Positions 41,211 to 53,710 of a DNA stretch of 64,000 nt are shown here, piece by piece (within the stretch, counting starts at the first letter, position 1; every line of letters starts with the position of its first letter). Source of the DNA: Macrostomum lignano. Its lineage: Eukaryota. The position numbers and the translations under genes were made by a program. The DNA lies in the NCBI GenBank assembly GCA_002269645.1, contig NIVC01001971.1:124001-188000 (forward strand), in the 5' to 3' direction. The notes below the pieces were generated by a model that saw nothing but the letters and a program-made list of their open reading frames with translations, searched no databases and was not told where the DNA came from.

Positions 41211-44200
41211 GTTGACTGAAAAGTAAGTTGCAGTAATGAATTAGGTTGACTGTAAAGTGAGTTGCAATGATTTTTTCTTGAAAAATAAATGTGAAACATA
41301 CTTTTTTTTATAAACTAGAGTGTCTTTTCGACTCTTTTATAATGGGGATCATAAGACAAAACTTGACCTGCTCAGGGATTGTAAAATGAAAGAATGCCCC
41401 TACACCTATAGGCTATGGTGCGAAACTAGATTGCCTAAATAAGATATTCTATAAATATAGTAAAACAGTAAGTTGGTCCTACTTTTACTTGCATACACAC
41501 TAACAATAATATACATTTTACCAAAGGAACATGCCAGGCCCAGGCCTCCTGGACTTGCAGCTTGCAGCTAATTGTACATCTATATAGGCAAATGACAATT
41601 ATGACACATAATGGTTAGGCCTACCAAGATGTGGCCATGGGCAACATTTTAGACATCTTGCTTATTCAATTTTCTGAGTATATGGACACCAAACTTGGTA
41701 CCTTGGTTACAAGGCGATGTACTTTACTTAATAAGTTAATATATAGCATAAGTGTGTAGCCTATAAAACGGCTGCCTGTGCTGTGCACACAACTAACAAA
41801 GTAGGCCTGGGTTGGTACTGGTACTGGTACGTCATTAAACTGTTTAAAATGACAAAAAATGGTGGCATTTGTCGCACCCCAGAAAATAAGACTAACACAT
41901 GAATGTTTGTCAAGGTGCTGGAGCAGGTATACTAGAAAAGTAAAATTTATTTAAGTTCAACAGCTTTTTGCTTGGCTGCAGTGAACTGTGAGTGGGAGAG
42001 TGTGACGTTGAACAGGTTAGAAAGATAGTTAGAGGTCCGGGTTGGAGGGTTAGAGTAGTACTATTTTACAGCACTATTTTACTGTTCGCGCCGGGTTAGA
42101 GCTACGGTGCGAATTCGTCGTCATTGTGCAAATCAAATTGTGAATTACACATAAAAAATAAATCCAATCAGTAATAAAATATAGCTCAAAAGAATTAATT
42201 TTAATGAGTTTTAGACACAATTGAAAATCTTGCGATTAACACACAAAGTACATTTGTTTATTTGTAAATTGTACCGTGAGCATAACTGGCGGAAGGCTAA
42301 CTCGCAGTAAAAGAAAAGAATTAGGTCTAATGTGCATATTTATTTACTCAATTCATTTCATTATACTCACCCATTGAATAGAGCACATCGCATTCCAGCA
42401 CTTATGTGTCCTTGCTTATTTATCAAACTCGAATTAAAACCATTGTCTTATTGGTCATGCAGCTATATATTTTGCAGCTAGCATTGACTGATTTGCAGTG
42501 ACAAAATTTAACCTCCACCTAATACCCAGCAATGCCAGCAATTTTAGTCTCAGACTAAGGTCGACTTTGAAATCTGCATTTAAGTACTTAGCCATGTATA
42601 TATAGTCTTTTATTCCTTAAATTCCTTAAATCAAACAAGGATATATGCAGCTAAGGTGGATATCTCTGATCTCTGATCGATCATGAGCTGTGACCAATGA
42701 CCATGCAAAGGCCAGGCCTGCTATGGCGGGGCTCATTTTCTAATAAGCCCCGCAGCTATTAATACTCTCCAATCCACGAGTTATAATAAATTGGTACTTT
42801 TTACGCATGCATGCAAGAACGGGACACCTGATATTGCATATGAATCGATATATTACGATCCAAATTTGAAACGTGTCATCAGATCAATGTGCTCGATCAT
42901 GCATTAAACTCCAAAGGCGCGCGTTTTGTCTTGTAATTAGTGTGTAGTGCTACTAAAAACAAGTGTTTTGGAATACGCGTATCTGTGTTTGAGCTGACCA
43001 TTTTCTTACATTTACATGTACATCAATCTCATTAACAAAAAACCAAGGAATATACAGTGGTCCTTAAAAATGGATGTTCACTGTTTTCAGGCTTAGTATA
43101 CATCATACTTTTGAATTAAAAATGTTGATAAATTTTACATTAGACGTAGTGCAGCTCAAAAGTTAGCCTTTTATAGTTTAGCCCAGCCAGCTGTGCGTAT
43201 GATACATGCACATGTACAGGTAGCTTTACTAACGCAGAAAAAAGCAGACTGGTTCCCTTTGGAAAAATCTATCAAAAAGTCAGCGGACATTATACTCGTA
43301 CACGTACATTTACCTTTGGAATTCATCATTGATTGCTCGATCAATCCTTACTGTAGAAAGTTACATGTATGATGTACCAATAAAATGATTTACATGTACA
43401 TGGTTGTTGTGTACATGTATGAAACAGTTCTATATACACGGACAGCGAAATCGACTGAAGCTTCCGGCGTTTGTTTGACGTTTCTGGCAAATGGGTACTT
43501 TTTACAGTAACGCCGACGTTTCGGCCGACAATGTCGTTTTGCGTCGGTGAACTGTAAAGATACCCTGCACCTGGCATCTGCCACCCGACGTTGGCGGATG
43601 ATGAATTTTTCACGGGGATACATGTAAACGCACTTATTTAGGCTTATACAGATACTACTTCAACTCTTCAAGTGGGTGATTGTGAGTAGTAGTGTTGTAT
43701 AGTCAGTCTACTAATAAATTTTTATTCTTCAAACTCATGCAATTTAGTATTTAATTAACCATCTATTCGCTTTGCTCAATGTGCGCACTTACTGTTTCTT
43801 AGTCAAAAATAGCTCAGTTTGAGAGCTGTGCAGCACTTTTTTTAAAACGCTGCATCGAGCCCACCCACACTATGCATTTAAAAAAAGTAAGCGTGCACAC
43901 ACACAATGAAACTGGGCAAATAACAATGCTCCGTCTTGGATAGTTGGAACAGAAATTAGAAATACGAAAGGCGTAGCTGCTTCCTGTTTCGAGTGGGGGC
44001 GAAAAATAATATAAGAAGTAGAATGGCATGCTATGTATGGCTTGCAGAGGTCCAGATTGAGCCTTACCCTAGCCAACACACGAACAGGCCAAAGTATGCG
44101 GCTATGCAAATTAATACGCGAATGCAGCTCATAACTATAGAACAATGCAGTTCGCATCGGATGCCTGTGTGAGCCAGCTGCAGGGGTGCAGCCAGGATTC

Positions 44201-44402
44201 TTCATCTCTCCGTGCATCTATACTCGTGTTGGACAGGGCCGCGGTAAAGAGTAAATAAAAGTTGTAAAGCCTTAGTTCGGAAAGGGCCGCGTCGACGTAA
44301 AAAAACCCGACTCGATTTGAATTATCAAAGATTAGCAAAATAAAATTATCTTTGGTGCCGATCGTGGCGCACTCACCAATTAAGTTGAGCATCTGAGCGG
44401 CA

Positions 44403-45842
44403 ATGGAATTTGTAACTAACTTTCGTACTCTTTCGTACGTCAATTACATCGGCGTTGACGATTTCTCCGATCGTCTGAGCTACCAGATTAGCAGCAGCAT
44501 CCTGACCGTGCTGGGCATACTGGTGACAGCGCGTACCTACGCTATGATGCCGATCGCCTGCTACATACCGCAGGGATTCGGCTTTGAGAAAGGCGGCCAG
44601 CTGGACTTTGTGGATCAATACTGTCTGACAGAGGGCACTTACGCTGTTGATGTCAGGCATTTCCATCTTCATAGCGAACGAAACGATGGCGGGCTGAGCG
44701 CCTATGCGGAGCATAAAATCTACTACTACCAGTGGGTGCCTCTTGTGCTCGGCTTCCAGGCTGTGCTGTGCTGCCTGCCCCGCCTGGTCTGGCGCATGGT
44801 CAGCTTCGACCGGGCCGGCACTGACGTCGGGCGAATCGTCAAGCTGGCCAAGGACGCCTCGGAGGACTCTAGCGGCGGCCTGACGCGCAGGCGGATGGTC
44901 ACGCATATTGCCAGGTTAATCGAGAGGATGATCAAACGACGCCTGCCACCGAAGAAAGAGGAAAGTGGACAGTTAGACGCCCGGGCGCGCCTAATTGTGG
45001 CCTGGCGCACGTTCAGTCGCATGAAGCCATCGCAGCTTAGTGGAAACTACCTGATTATTACCTATCTGCTAATCAAGTTTGCCTACCTGTTGAACGCCGT
45101 AGGCCAGTTGCTTACAATGAAAGAGTTTCTACAATTGAACTCCACGCGCTACACGATGCCTGGAATTGATCTACTCAGAGAGGTGCTGGCCGACATCGAC
45201 TGGCAGAACACCATGGTGTTCCCTCGAGTGGGCGCCTGCGCCGTGAAGATGCGCTCCGCCGTTGGAGTGAACTGGCTGTACGCCCAGTGCGCCCTGCCGG
45301 TCAACATGATCAACGAGAAGATTTACGTATTTCTGTGGTTCTGGTTCTTCGTGGTCGCCGTGGTAACAATAGTGAGCGCATTCGGTTGGCTCTACCGTCT
45401 GGCCTGGCGCTTCAGCCTGATCAACTTTGTCAAGGACTACCTGCGTCTAGCGGACAACTATAGCGAACTAAAATCTAAAAAGCATTTGATGCACAAGTTT
45501 GTTAAGCGGTATTTGAGTCGCGACGGTGCCTTCTTAATGAAAATGATTGCGCTCAACTGCGGTGATATGGTCTGCGCAGACGTGGTCAACGCTATGTGGG
45601 AGAGCTTTCTGTTGCGCGAGAAACTTGGCGACGCCTCGAATTCAACGGAGTTGCCCGGACTGCTGGCTCTGAACTGCCGCGGGCTGCCCGCTTCCAACTG
45701 CGTGAATAGGCGCAGAAAAATGCTGAGATGGCAGAAGAGCGCACCGGAGTCAAATCAACCACCAGCGGACTTGGACGAGCTGGCTGAGCACGCCGCGGAG
45801 CTGGAGCAGTGCCGGAAGGAGGGCCGCGAGATCGACCCCTGA
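44403..45842 (+). CDS. inx: Innexin (gap-junction protein), 479 aa, single coding exon
   Basis: DDFSDRLSY..SSILT; extracellular Cys pairs (PIACY..DQYCL; FPRVGAC..AQCALPVNMINEKIYVFLWFWF); YYYQWVPLVLGFQA signature; four TM segments. Confidence 0.95.
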   Translation: MEFVTNFRTLSYVNYIGVDDFSDRLSYQISSSILTVLGILVTARTYAMMPIACYIPQGFGFEKGGQLDFVDQYCLTEGTYAVDVRHFHLHSERNDGGLSAYAEHKIYYYQWVPLVLGFQAVLCCLPRLVWRMVSFDRAGTDVGRIVKLAKDASEDSSGGLTRRRMVTHIARLIERMIKRRLPPKKEESGQLDARARLIVAWRTFSRMKPSQLSGNYLIITYLLIKFAYLLNAVGQLLTMKEFLQLNSTRYTMPGIDLLREVLADIDWQNTMVFPRVGACAVKMRSAVGVNWLYAQCALPVNMINEKIYVFLWFWFFVVAVVTIVSAFGWLYRLAWRFSLINFVKDYLRLADNYSELKSKKHLMHKFVKRYLSRDGAFLMKMIALNCGDMVCADVVNAMWESFLLREKLGDASNSTELPGLLALNCRGLPASNCVNRRRKMLRWQKSAPESNQPPADLDELAEHAAELEQCRKEGREIDP

Positions 45843-47685
45843 TACCTGGGTCGCTGTTGCCACGCCGAATCCTGTGTGCTTTGATATGAGTCAGGTTTCA
45901 GTTCTATTGACTTTTGACCAAGCAACTTTAAAACTCTTTGTGTCTTTTCGTTGCACATTTAACCGTTTTTCTATGTAATTTTACCATACTTGGGTTTCAC
46001 TAATTACCAAGCGCCAAACCAGCACGCAACTGACCCTGTCTGTCTTTCAACTTGACAGCTTAAATTATTATTCTCGTTGTATCCTTGTGATCTATTTAGG
46101 CATGCATGATCCTCGTTTTTACTTTTATTATGTTTCTCGTATATATTTCAAGTTTTTTTCATTTTTAAACCAGAAATCGCATTCCAATTGGTAATGACGA
46201 CAATTATAAAAATAATTGTACCAATCAATACTTTAAATACTATTTACCTAAAATAACGTCCTTTCGAATCGCGGTCATCAAATGAACTTTAATTTCGTAG
46301 AATCACACGATTTTTACATTAATTTCATTCCTTTATACATCAATCGTGTGATTTGATAGCGATGTGAAGACTCTAAACAAACAATGTGACCATCGTTTAG
46401 GTTGTGCAGTGACCATTGTTTAGGTTGTGACCGTTTTTTTAGTTTGTGACCATTTGTTACGAGCTACAGCCTCCAATACTGCGTTTCTATTGTATTACGA
46501 TTGAAGTTATGAAAGAAATATGAATATATGTTTCAAATATCCTTTGCTAAATAAATGTTATAGTAGCGATTGTACATTCCAATTGCTAGCCACTATAAAG
46601 ATTAATATAACACCTATAACAGAAAGTTTAACACAAAATATCTGTTAAACACTGTGGTTCATGCTTACACACCTATATGCACTTTATAAAATGGCATAAA
46701 TTGCTGCGACCCATTTTCTGTGCAAGCCATGTTAATATAGAAAAATTCAGAATCGAAACATTTCCTAGTCAGGTAGATAGTAGCACTTTGTTCTGTGTTC
46801 TAAAAGAATGCTTTAGTGTTCCAATGTTTGCTGTTGGGCTATAGTACGCAGTCGTCCCGGTCGCGTACGATATTGGGTGGCGTTGGAATGTGCGATGTGC
46901 GCGCAACGCATGCAGCAACTGCCAGCTGCAGCATCAACAAAAATCTCATTCGCTGCAGACGTTACGAGCTTATAGACAACCGCCTTGACAACCTTGAAAG
47001 CGCGCTCGAATCGCTCCCACCCCCTACCCTTCTGGACTAGAGCGTAGATTCCCTCTGGCACACTTTCTTCCCCAGTCGCATCCCATTCCTGTGTTTCGAA
47101 TAAGGCCGTTTTGCTAAACCCGATCAATAATTTTGCAGATGGAGCGTATAGGGGCGATGGGGGCCAGAGAAAGGAACGAGCTAAACAGTGTTTGTCCGTG
47201 GTCTGCAGGAGAGGTACCGATTGGCGTGAAGGCTACGCCATTGTCTACTAGTTGGGGGGAAGAATCCCCTTCAGCCTTTGGTCCTGCCTCCGACTTTCGC
47301 CGCTACCCCCCAAGCCATTCTAGGATCGGAAATAAAAGGAGGGGTTTGAGGGGCGAACCGTTCCCTCGGTGGTTGCAGTGCCACTGGTTTATCTTTTGTA
47401 CACGATTTCTGATTCTCGGCTTGAAAACAGGGTGAGTATTAAGTATTGCATATTCGACTAGATAAATAAAAATGTGGGTTACTCTCTAGCAAATATAAAT
47501 ATAAAAGGGCCACTGTACATGTACATACAAGACTGTGTTAAACGTATTAATCCAGGACTTGCCCTTACACAAATCATTCCTGGATAGTCGTTTGTCCACG
47601 TGACCTACGCTCGTATTATTCTTATAGATTTCTCAGTTTGTCTAATAAAACTTGCACCAATCCAAAATTCCATTGGAGGGAGCAG

Positions 47686-49095
47686 ATGGAGGACGTGCGG
47701 AACGACCAGGGCGGCAATTTCAGCTGCACCAGCTGCAGCAAGGCGCTCACCGGGCAGCGCTACATCCTGCGCGAGGAGAAGCCGCACTGCATTCAGTGCT
47801 ACGAGCAGGTGTTCGCTAACAGCTGCGAACAATGCAAGGAGAAGATTGGCTGCGATTCCAAGGTAAGCTGGATGGTAACATGTAATATTGACTTATCAAA
47901 AAACAGTAAACGCAAATTGCATGTACCCGTATGAGTAGTTGGAGCGACGTTTTTTTAGTAAAGGTTCTTCTTTAGAAGCTTTTCAAAAGGACCGTACTAC
48001 TTTAGTATAACAGTACGTGAAACTCAGAGATCGTGTAATGTTTTACACCTTCTTTACACCTTTGACACTGGAATGGAGATTAGTAGGCTATTGTGTCCGT
48101 TAAGTTTCGGCTTAGTTCCCATTGCTAAGTATATAATGGTACAAGCGGATTCCCGTCCTCTCCAGGACCTGTCGTACAAGGACCGGCACTGGCACGAGCG
48201 CTGCTTCAAGTGCTCCTCCTGCCAGGGCAGCCTGGTTGACAAGCCCTTCGCCACTAAAGACGACGCGTTGTTCTGTTCAAATTGTCACGACGAAAAATAC
48301 GCCGCCCGTTGCGACGGCTGCGGCAAGCCGTTCAACGCCGGGATTCGCAAGTACGAATACCACGGCAAGCAGTGGCATGAGGACTGCTTCCTGTGCAAGG
48401 AGTGCCGAGAGCCAATTGGCAGCCGTTCGTTCATCCCGCGCGACCAAGAGGTCTGCTGCGTGCCCTGCTACGAGCAGAAGTACGCGCAGAAGTGCCGCAA
48501 ATGCGAGCAGGCTATTAAACGCGGCGGAGTCACGTACAAAGGCGAGCCCTACCACAAGGAGTGCCTGGTGTGCGGCAACTGCAACGGGCAGCTGGCTGGA
48601 GTGAAGTTCACCAGCAAGGAGAACAAGCCCTACTGTGCCGAATGCTACGGCCAACTATTTGCTAAGAAGTGCTGTCGCTGCACCCAGCCAATCACGGGTC
48701 AGTCAGTGCGCTAACCTGGGGTTACGACCAGTAGTATTATTAGGACATTGAAGCTTGAGAAAGGAAATGACGAGACCAATCTTGCCTTTAACTTTTGTTT
48801 TCCATAGTAAATTGCATCGAATAAGGTTTTATTATAATACGAAAAGTAAAGGGCAGAGAAGCTCAGCGGAAAAATTTATTCTTTTAAGTTTGGGGCAGAA
48901 TTTCTTTTGATAATAAATAGAAAAATTCTCTGAACACATTCAAACCTAGGCTTCGGTGGCTGCAAGTTCATCTCGTTCGAGGACAGGCACTGGCACTCGG
49001 ACTGCTTTGTGTGCTACAAGTGCTCAGTGAACCTGGTCGGCCGCGGCTTCTTAACAGACGGCGATGAAATTCTGTGTCCGGAGTGCGGCCGCTGA
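47686..49095 (+). CDS. FHL: Four-and-a-half LIM domain protein (FHL2/limpet-like), 284 aa; exons 47686-47862, 48166-48697, 48950-49095 (possible extra 5' exon 47139-47431)
   Basis: Half LIM (FSCTSCSKALTGQRYILREEKPHCIQCYEQVFANSC) followed by DLSYKDRHWHERCF and further LIM domains ending HWHSDCFVCYKC..LCPECGR*. GT-AG introns in phases 0 and 1; 855 nt total. Confidence 0.93.
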
Positions 49096-50335
49096 GTCTC
49101 GTATTTAGGATACGGGGAGGAAGCCAGCAAGCACACGATGGCGAATGTCCTAATTCAACTACTTACTCACAGCTGCAGTAGTATAGCTTGGTTATTTATG
49201 AACGCACAGTCGCCAATAGGCTTCAACAGCAGCAGTAGAATTACACAGAGTTTTTGTTAGAAAATTTCAACTTTGAAACATCAATTGATGCACAAAAGAA
49301 ACGAAAAAGACGCAAGATTTTATATGCTACTAATGCATCAATAGTTGGCTTAAACGCATTGATCCATTCGATTGATAATCATTATTTTCTTTTTTAGCCA
49401 CTTTCCCTTTATATATAAAATATTTATGCTTAACTTTAACAGCTAAACAAAGCTTATATAGCCTTTATAAAAACCCATCTAATAACTTAACAAATACACA
49501 TAATATATTCTATCGTTATAAATTCGCTCATTGGACAAAACGATAATTTGCGAATCAATTATTTATAAACGCAAACGAAACACTTCAGACGCAGTTATTT
49601 AACTTTTTTTCATTAAAAGCGATTTATATATTTTTTATAATGAAATAAAATAATATAAGTACAGCGCAAATAATGAACAGAAATAGCCAATGTAAAAAAC
49701 ATTATATTTACAATTCAGAAAAGAAATCATAACACAATTATCACTGATATAATAATAATAACAATATTAGTTTTTAATAAAAACAAAATTAAAATTAATT
49801 CAGCCACGCACCAATCCTACTAATAGTAGAGGAAAAGCGTGTAAACAAATCCTATTTATATCTGTTATAAAATAAAAGCAGCCTTATTAAGATGAGAAGT
49901 TTAAATCGAAATCGATTATTTCTACATAACAGACAAAAAAAACAAATTTGGTGCATCGATTTTCATAACTTTTGTTGAGACATCTGGACACCAAATTTGG
50001 ATATAAGGACTGGATAGGAATGGAGCAGCTTACTAGTTTATAAGCCTATTAATTTATCTTATTAGGATTTCTGTTGAAAATATATAATGGGATTTCAATT
50101 CAGATTACATCAACGGGGTTTTAATTCAGAATATTGGGTGGGGATCTCTATAAGGACATTTTCTACGTAATTGTAGGACTATATATATATATATATACTA
50201 TAATATAATTACTAACTGAAAAACATTACGAGTATACCTTTGGCCTCTGATAAATTAGGCGCGTTACTAATGTACTAAGAAAACAAATGTACTTTTATCC
50301 TTATAATCAATTTCGTCTTCTCCTTTGTTGACGCA

Positions 50336-52746
50336 CTAAAAGTCGTCCTGGGCTTTCGCATTTTTATAATAGGTCGTTAGTTCCATATTAAGCGCAGAGC
50401 CCTCTTCTCGCATGATGGCGTCAAGATCCCTGTCCAGCCTGGCCTTCTCCTCCGCCGGCTTCTCCTCGATGATGTAATCGGGCATTGCGCTGGCGGCTCT
50501 CGCTGCACCGGCCGGCCGGTTGAAGCCTCTTCCGCCGCGGCCTCGGCGAGATGGGCCGCCTTGCCGAACGCCGCGGCTGACGCCGTAACGGCGCTGGGGT
50601 GAGTAGCCGCCGACGTTGCCAGGATAACCCGCTGGTTGGTTTCTATACTGTCGGTTAAGTCGATTACTGTTGACAAACTCAACTGTGTTTCTGTAAATCC
50701 AATTATTAATTTGAGGCATAAGTAAACTGAATCTAGCTAGTACAAGTACTAGCATCCCATGGCTCTGAGATCCTCACTCACCGATCCCATCGCTCTCAGA
50801 TCCTCACTCACCGATCCCATCTCTCTCAGATCCTCACTCACCGATCCCATTGCTCTGAGATCCTCACTCACCGATCCCATCGCTCTCAGATCCTCACTCA
50901 CCGATCCCATCGCTCTCAGATCCTCACTCACCGATCCCATCGCTCTCAGATCCTCACTCACCGATCCCATTGCTCTGAGATCCTCACTCACCGATCCCAT
51001 CGCTCTCAGATCCTCACTCACCGATCCCATCGCTCTCAGATCCTCACTCACCGATCCCATCGCTCTCAGATCCTCACTCACCGATCCCATCGCTCTCAGA
51101 TCCTCACTCACCGATTCCATGGCTCTGAGATCCTAGCTCACTGATAGATCCCATAACTCTTAGATCCTCACTTCAAGATACCGCAGCTCTGAGATCCCAT
51201 ATTCCTAGACTCGGCCTGAGATCCCATATTCCCTGACTCGGCCTGAGATCCCATATTCCCACAGTCGGCCTGAGATCCCATATTCCCAGACTCGGCCTGA
51301 GATCCCATATTCCCTGACTCGGCCTGAGATCCCATATTCCCAGACTCGGCTTGAGATCCCATATTCCCACAGTCGGCCTGAGATCCCATATTTCCAGACT
51401 CGGCCTGAGATCCCATATTCCCACAGTCGGCCTGAGATCCCATATTCCCAGACTCGACCTGAGATCCCATATTCCAAGACTCGGCCTGAGATCCCATTTC
51501 CCAGACTCGGCCTGAGATCCCATATTCCCTGACTCGGCCTGAGATCCCATATTCCCACAGTCGGCCTGAGATCCCATATTCCCAGACTCGGCCTGAGATC
51601 CCATATTCCCTGACTCGGCCTGAGATCCCATATTCCCAGACTCGGCTTGAGATCCCATATTCCCACAGTCGGCCTGAGATCCCATATTTCCAGACTCGGC
51701 CTGAGATCCCATATTCCCACAGTCGGCCTGAGATCCCATATTCCCAGACTCGACCTGAGATCCCATATTCCAAGACTCGGCCTGAGATCCCATTTCCCAG
51801 ACTCGGCCTGAGATCCCATATTCCCTGACTCGGCCTGAGATCCCATATTCCCACAGTCGGCCTGAGATCCCATATTCCCAGACTCGGCCTGAGATCCCAT
51901 ATTCCCTGACTCGGCCTGAGATCCCATATTCCCAGACTCGGCTTGAGATCCCATATTCCCACAGTCGGCCTGAGATCCCATATTTCCAGACTCGGCCTGA
52001 GATCCCATATTCCCACAGTCGGCCTGAGATCCCATATTCCCAGACTCGACCTGAGATCCCATATTCCCTGACTCGGCCTGAGATCCCATATTCCCACAGT
52101 CGGCCTGAGATCCCATATTCCCAGACTCGGCCTGAGATCCCATATTCCCTGACTCGGCCTGAGATCCCATATTCCCTGACTCGGCCTGAGATCCCATATT
52201 CCCAGACTCGACCTGAGATCCCATATTCCAAGACTCGGCCTGAGATCCCATATTCCCACAGTCGGCCTGAGATCCCATATTCCCAGACTCGACCTGAGAT
52301 CCCATATTCCAAGACTCGGCCTGAGATCCCATTTCCCAGACTCGGCCTGAGATCCCATATTCCCAGACTCGGCCTGAGATCCCATATTCCCTGACTCGGC
52401 CTGAGATCCCATATTCCCAGACTCGACCTGAGATCCCATATTCCAAGACTCGGCCTGAGATCCCATTTCCCAGACTCGGCCTGAGATCCCATATTCCCTC
52501 AGTCGCTCACCTGCCAACTCGGAATGCATGGCTTCGCCGGTTCGGGCCTCCCCTGCCAACAGCGCCGGCAGGGCTGCTAGCGGGAAACTGTGCTGCCCGC
52601 GCCGAAGGCACGACCACTACCTCTCGCTCTCGAAACGGCCGTTCAATTCGACCCTGAAGGACCCCCCGCAGTCGGTCATTCATCGCACCTTCGTACCGAT
52701 TGCCACCGCCACCTCTATTACGGCCGGATGGAGCGCCTCTGCGCAT
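50336..52746 (-). CDS. CHTOP / Friend-of-PRMT1-like RGG-rich protein; exons ~52800/52746-52511 and ~50690-50336 (5' end uncertain)
   Basis: Arg/Gly-rich segments in both exons. C-terminal EEKARLDRDLDAIMREEGSALNMELTTYYK has the spacing of the duplicated LDxxLDxYM FoP motif. Phase-2 donor at 52510; phase-compatible acceptors give exon starts at 50690, 50666 or 50642. Confidence 0.65.
50755..51135. repeat. Intronic minisatellite, 30 bp unit cgctctcagatcctcactcaccgatcccat
   Basis: About 12 copies; 10-aa periodicity in the ORF track. Confidence 0.95.
51185..52495. repeat. Intronic minisatellite, 27 bp unit cctgagatcccatattcccagactcgg with multi-unit higher-order blocks
   Basis: About 48 copies ending ~15 nt from the splice donor. 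Confidence 0.95.
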
Positions 52747-53510
52747 GTCGTAAGGCCGACGTCTGGGCAGATGACCGCCACCTCTCTGGTACTGCAGGCC
52801 TGTGAATCTGGGCAAACAGCATGACAATTTTTAAATGCTTCTAAGCGCGTGTATTAGGGTATAGTTTTTTCATATTTAGAAAAGCAACAGACCCAAATAG
52901 ACTAACCAATGGAACAGAACGATAGGTTTCGGCGGGAAACGATGCAGCTTTGTATCATCATACTACTACCAGTAGTTTTTCGTAAGTAGAAATGTTGAAG
53001 AACGATAAAAGAAAATGAAATGCTTCGTTAGGAGACATGAAATAGCCCATTTTTTGCTTCTCAAAGCCTAAAATAATTCCCTTTTTATGTCTCTAAAAGT
53101 AGTTATTTGCAAATTATACATGGCACCACTATTAAAATCACCTGTCATTCAGAGTAATTGGCGTTGCATCAAGAATGTGAATTTTCGCTGGAAGTTTCAT
53201 ATCTTCTTTATAACCTGGAAGAGTGTTGAAAATTTGAACTTGAAGAACTGCTTATAATGAAGCAATATCGAAATAATATAAAAAAATTTTCTATGAGTCA
53301 AGAAAGCAGTGACAATGACATAGCTGAGAAGGTAATGAATGGCTTGAATAGGAATTAGAAGTTGAAAAATTGCAGATAACCATTTAATTGTATTTTCAGA
53401 CTTTTAGACAGGGGAACTTCTGATGGATTTTTTGCTGCTGCTCAAAGCCACGTAGACAAAGATTGGCAAGTGAAAAATTGCTTGTTAGTTAAGCACAGCA
53501 GCTTGTCAGA

Positions 53511-53710
53511 ATGTCGGATTCTACCATTGTCAAGATTCTGCACCAGCACCTCGGCATGAGGAAGCTGTCCGCTTGTTGGGTTCCCCATCAGTTCAGTGCT
53601 AACCAGATGCGAGCCAGGTTTGACGGAGGCTACTCAAAGTAAGTGGACAAAATCCTCATTGGCAACGAAACCTGGGTCGACTTCTATGGCCCAGAGACCA
53701 AGGAGTCGAT
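53511..53710 (+). mobile_element. Degraded mariner (Tc1/mariner) transposase fragment
   Basis: Translates as MSDSTIVKILHQHLGMRKLSACWVPHQF...K*VDKILIGNETWVDFYGPETKE. This contains the WVPH(EL) motif and the GDETW motif with D->N, plus an in-frame TAA at 53640. Confidence 0.85.

Noticed and set aside
43501-43560. Hammerhead ribozyme (ggccgaaacgtcgg on the minus strand)
   Set aside because: The required CUGANGA core is absent upstream of the putative stem II.
46813-47127. ORFs 46813-47127 (-) and 46816-47040 (+) as a separate gene
   Set aside because: No recognisable domain and only non-ATG starts; more likely the FHL promoter or UTR region.
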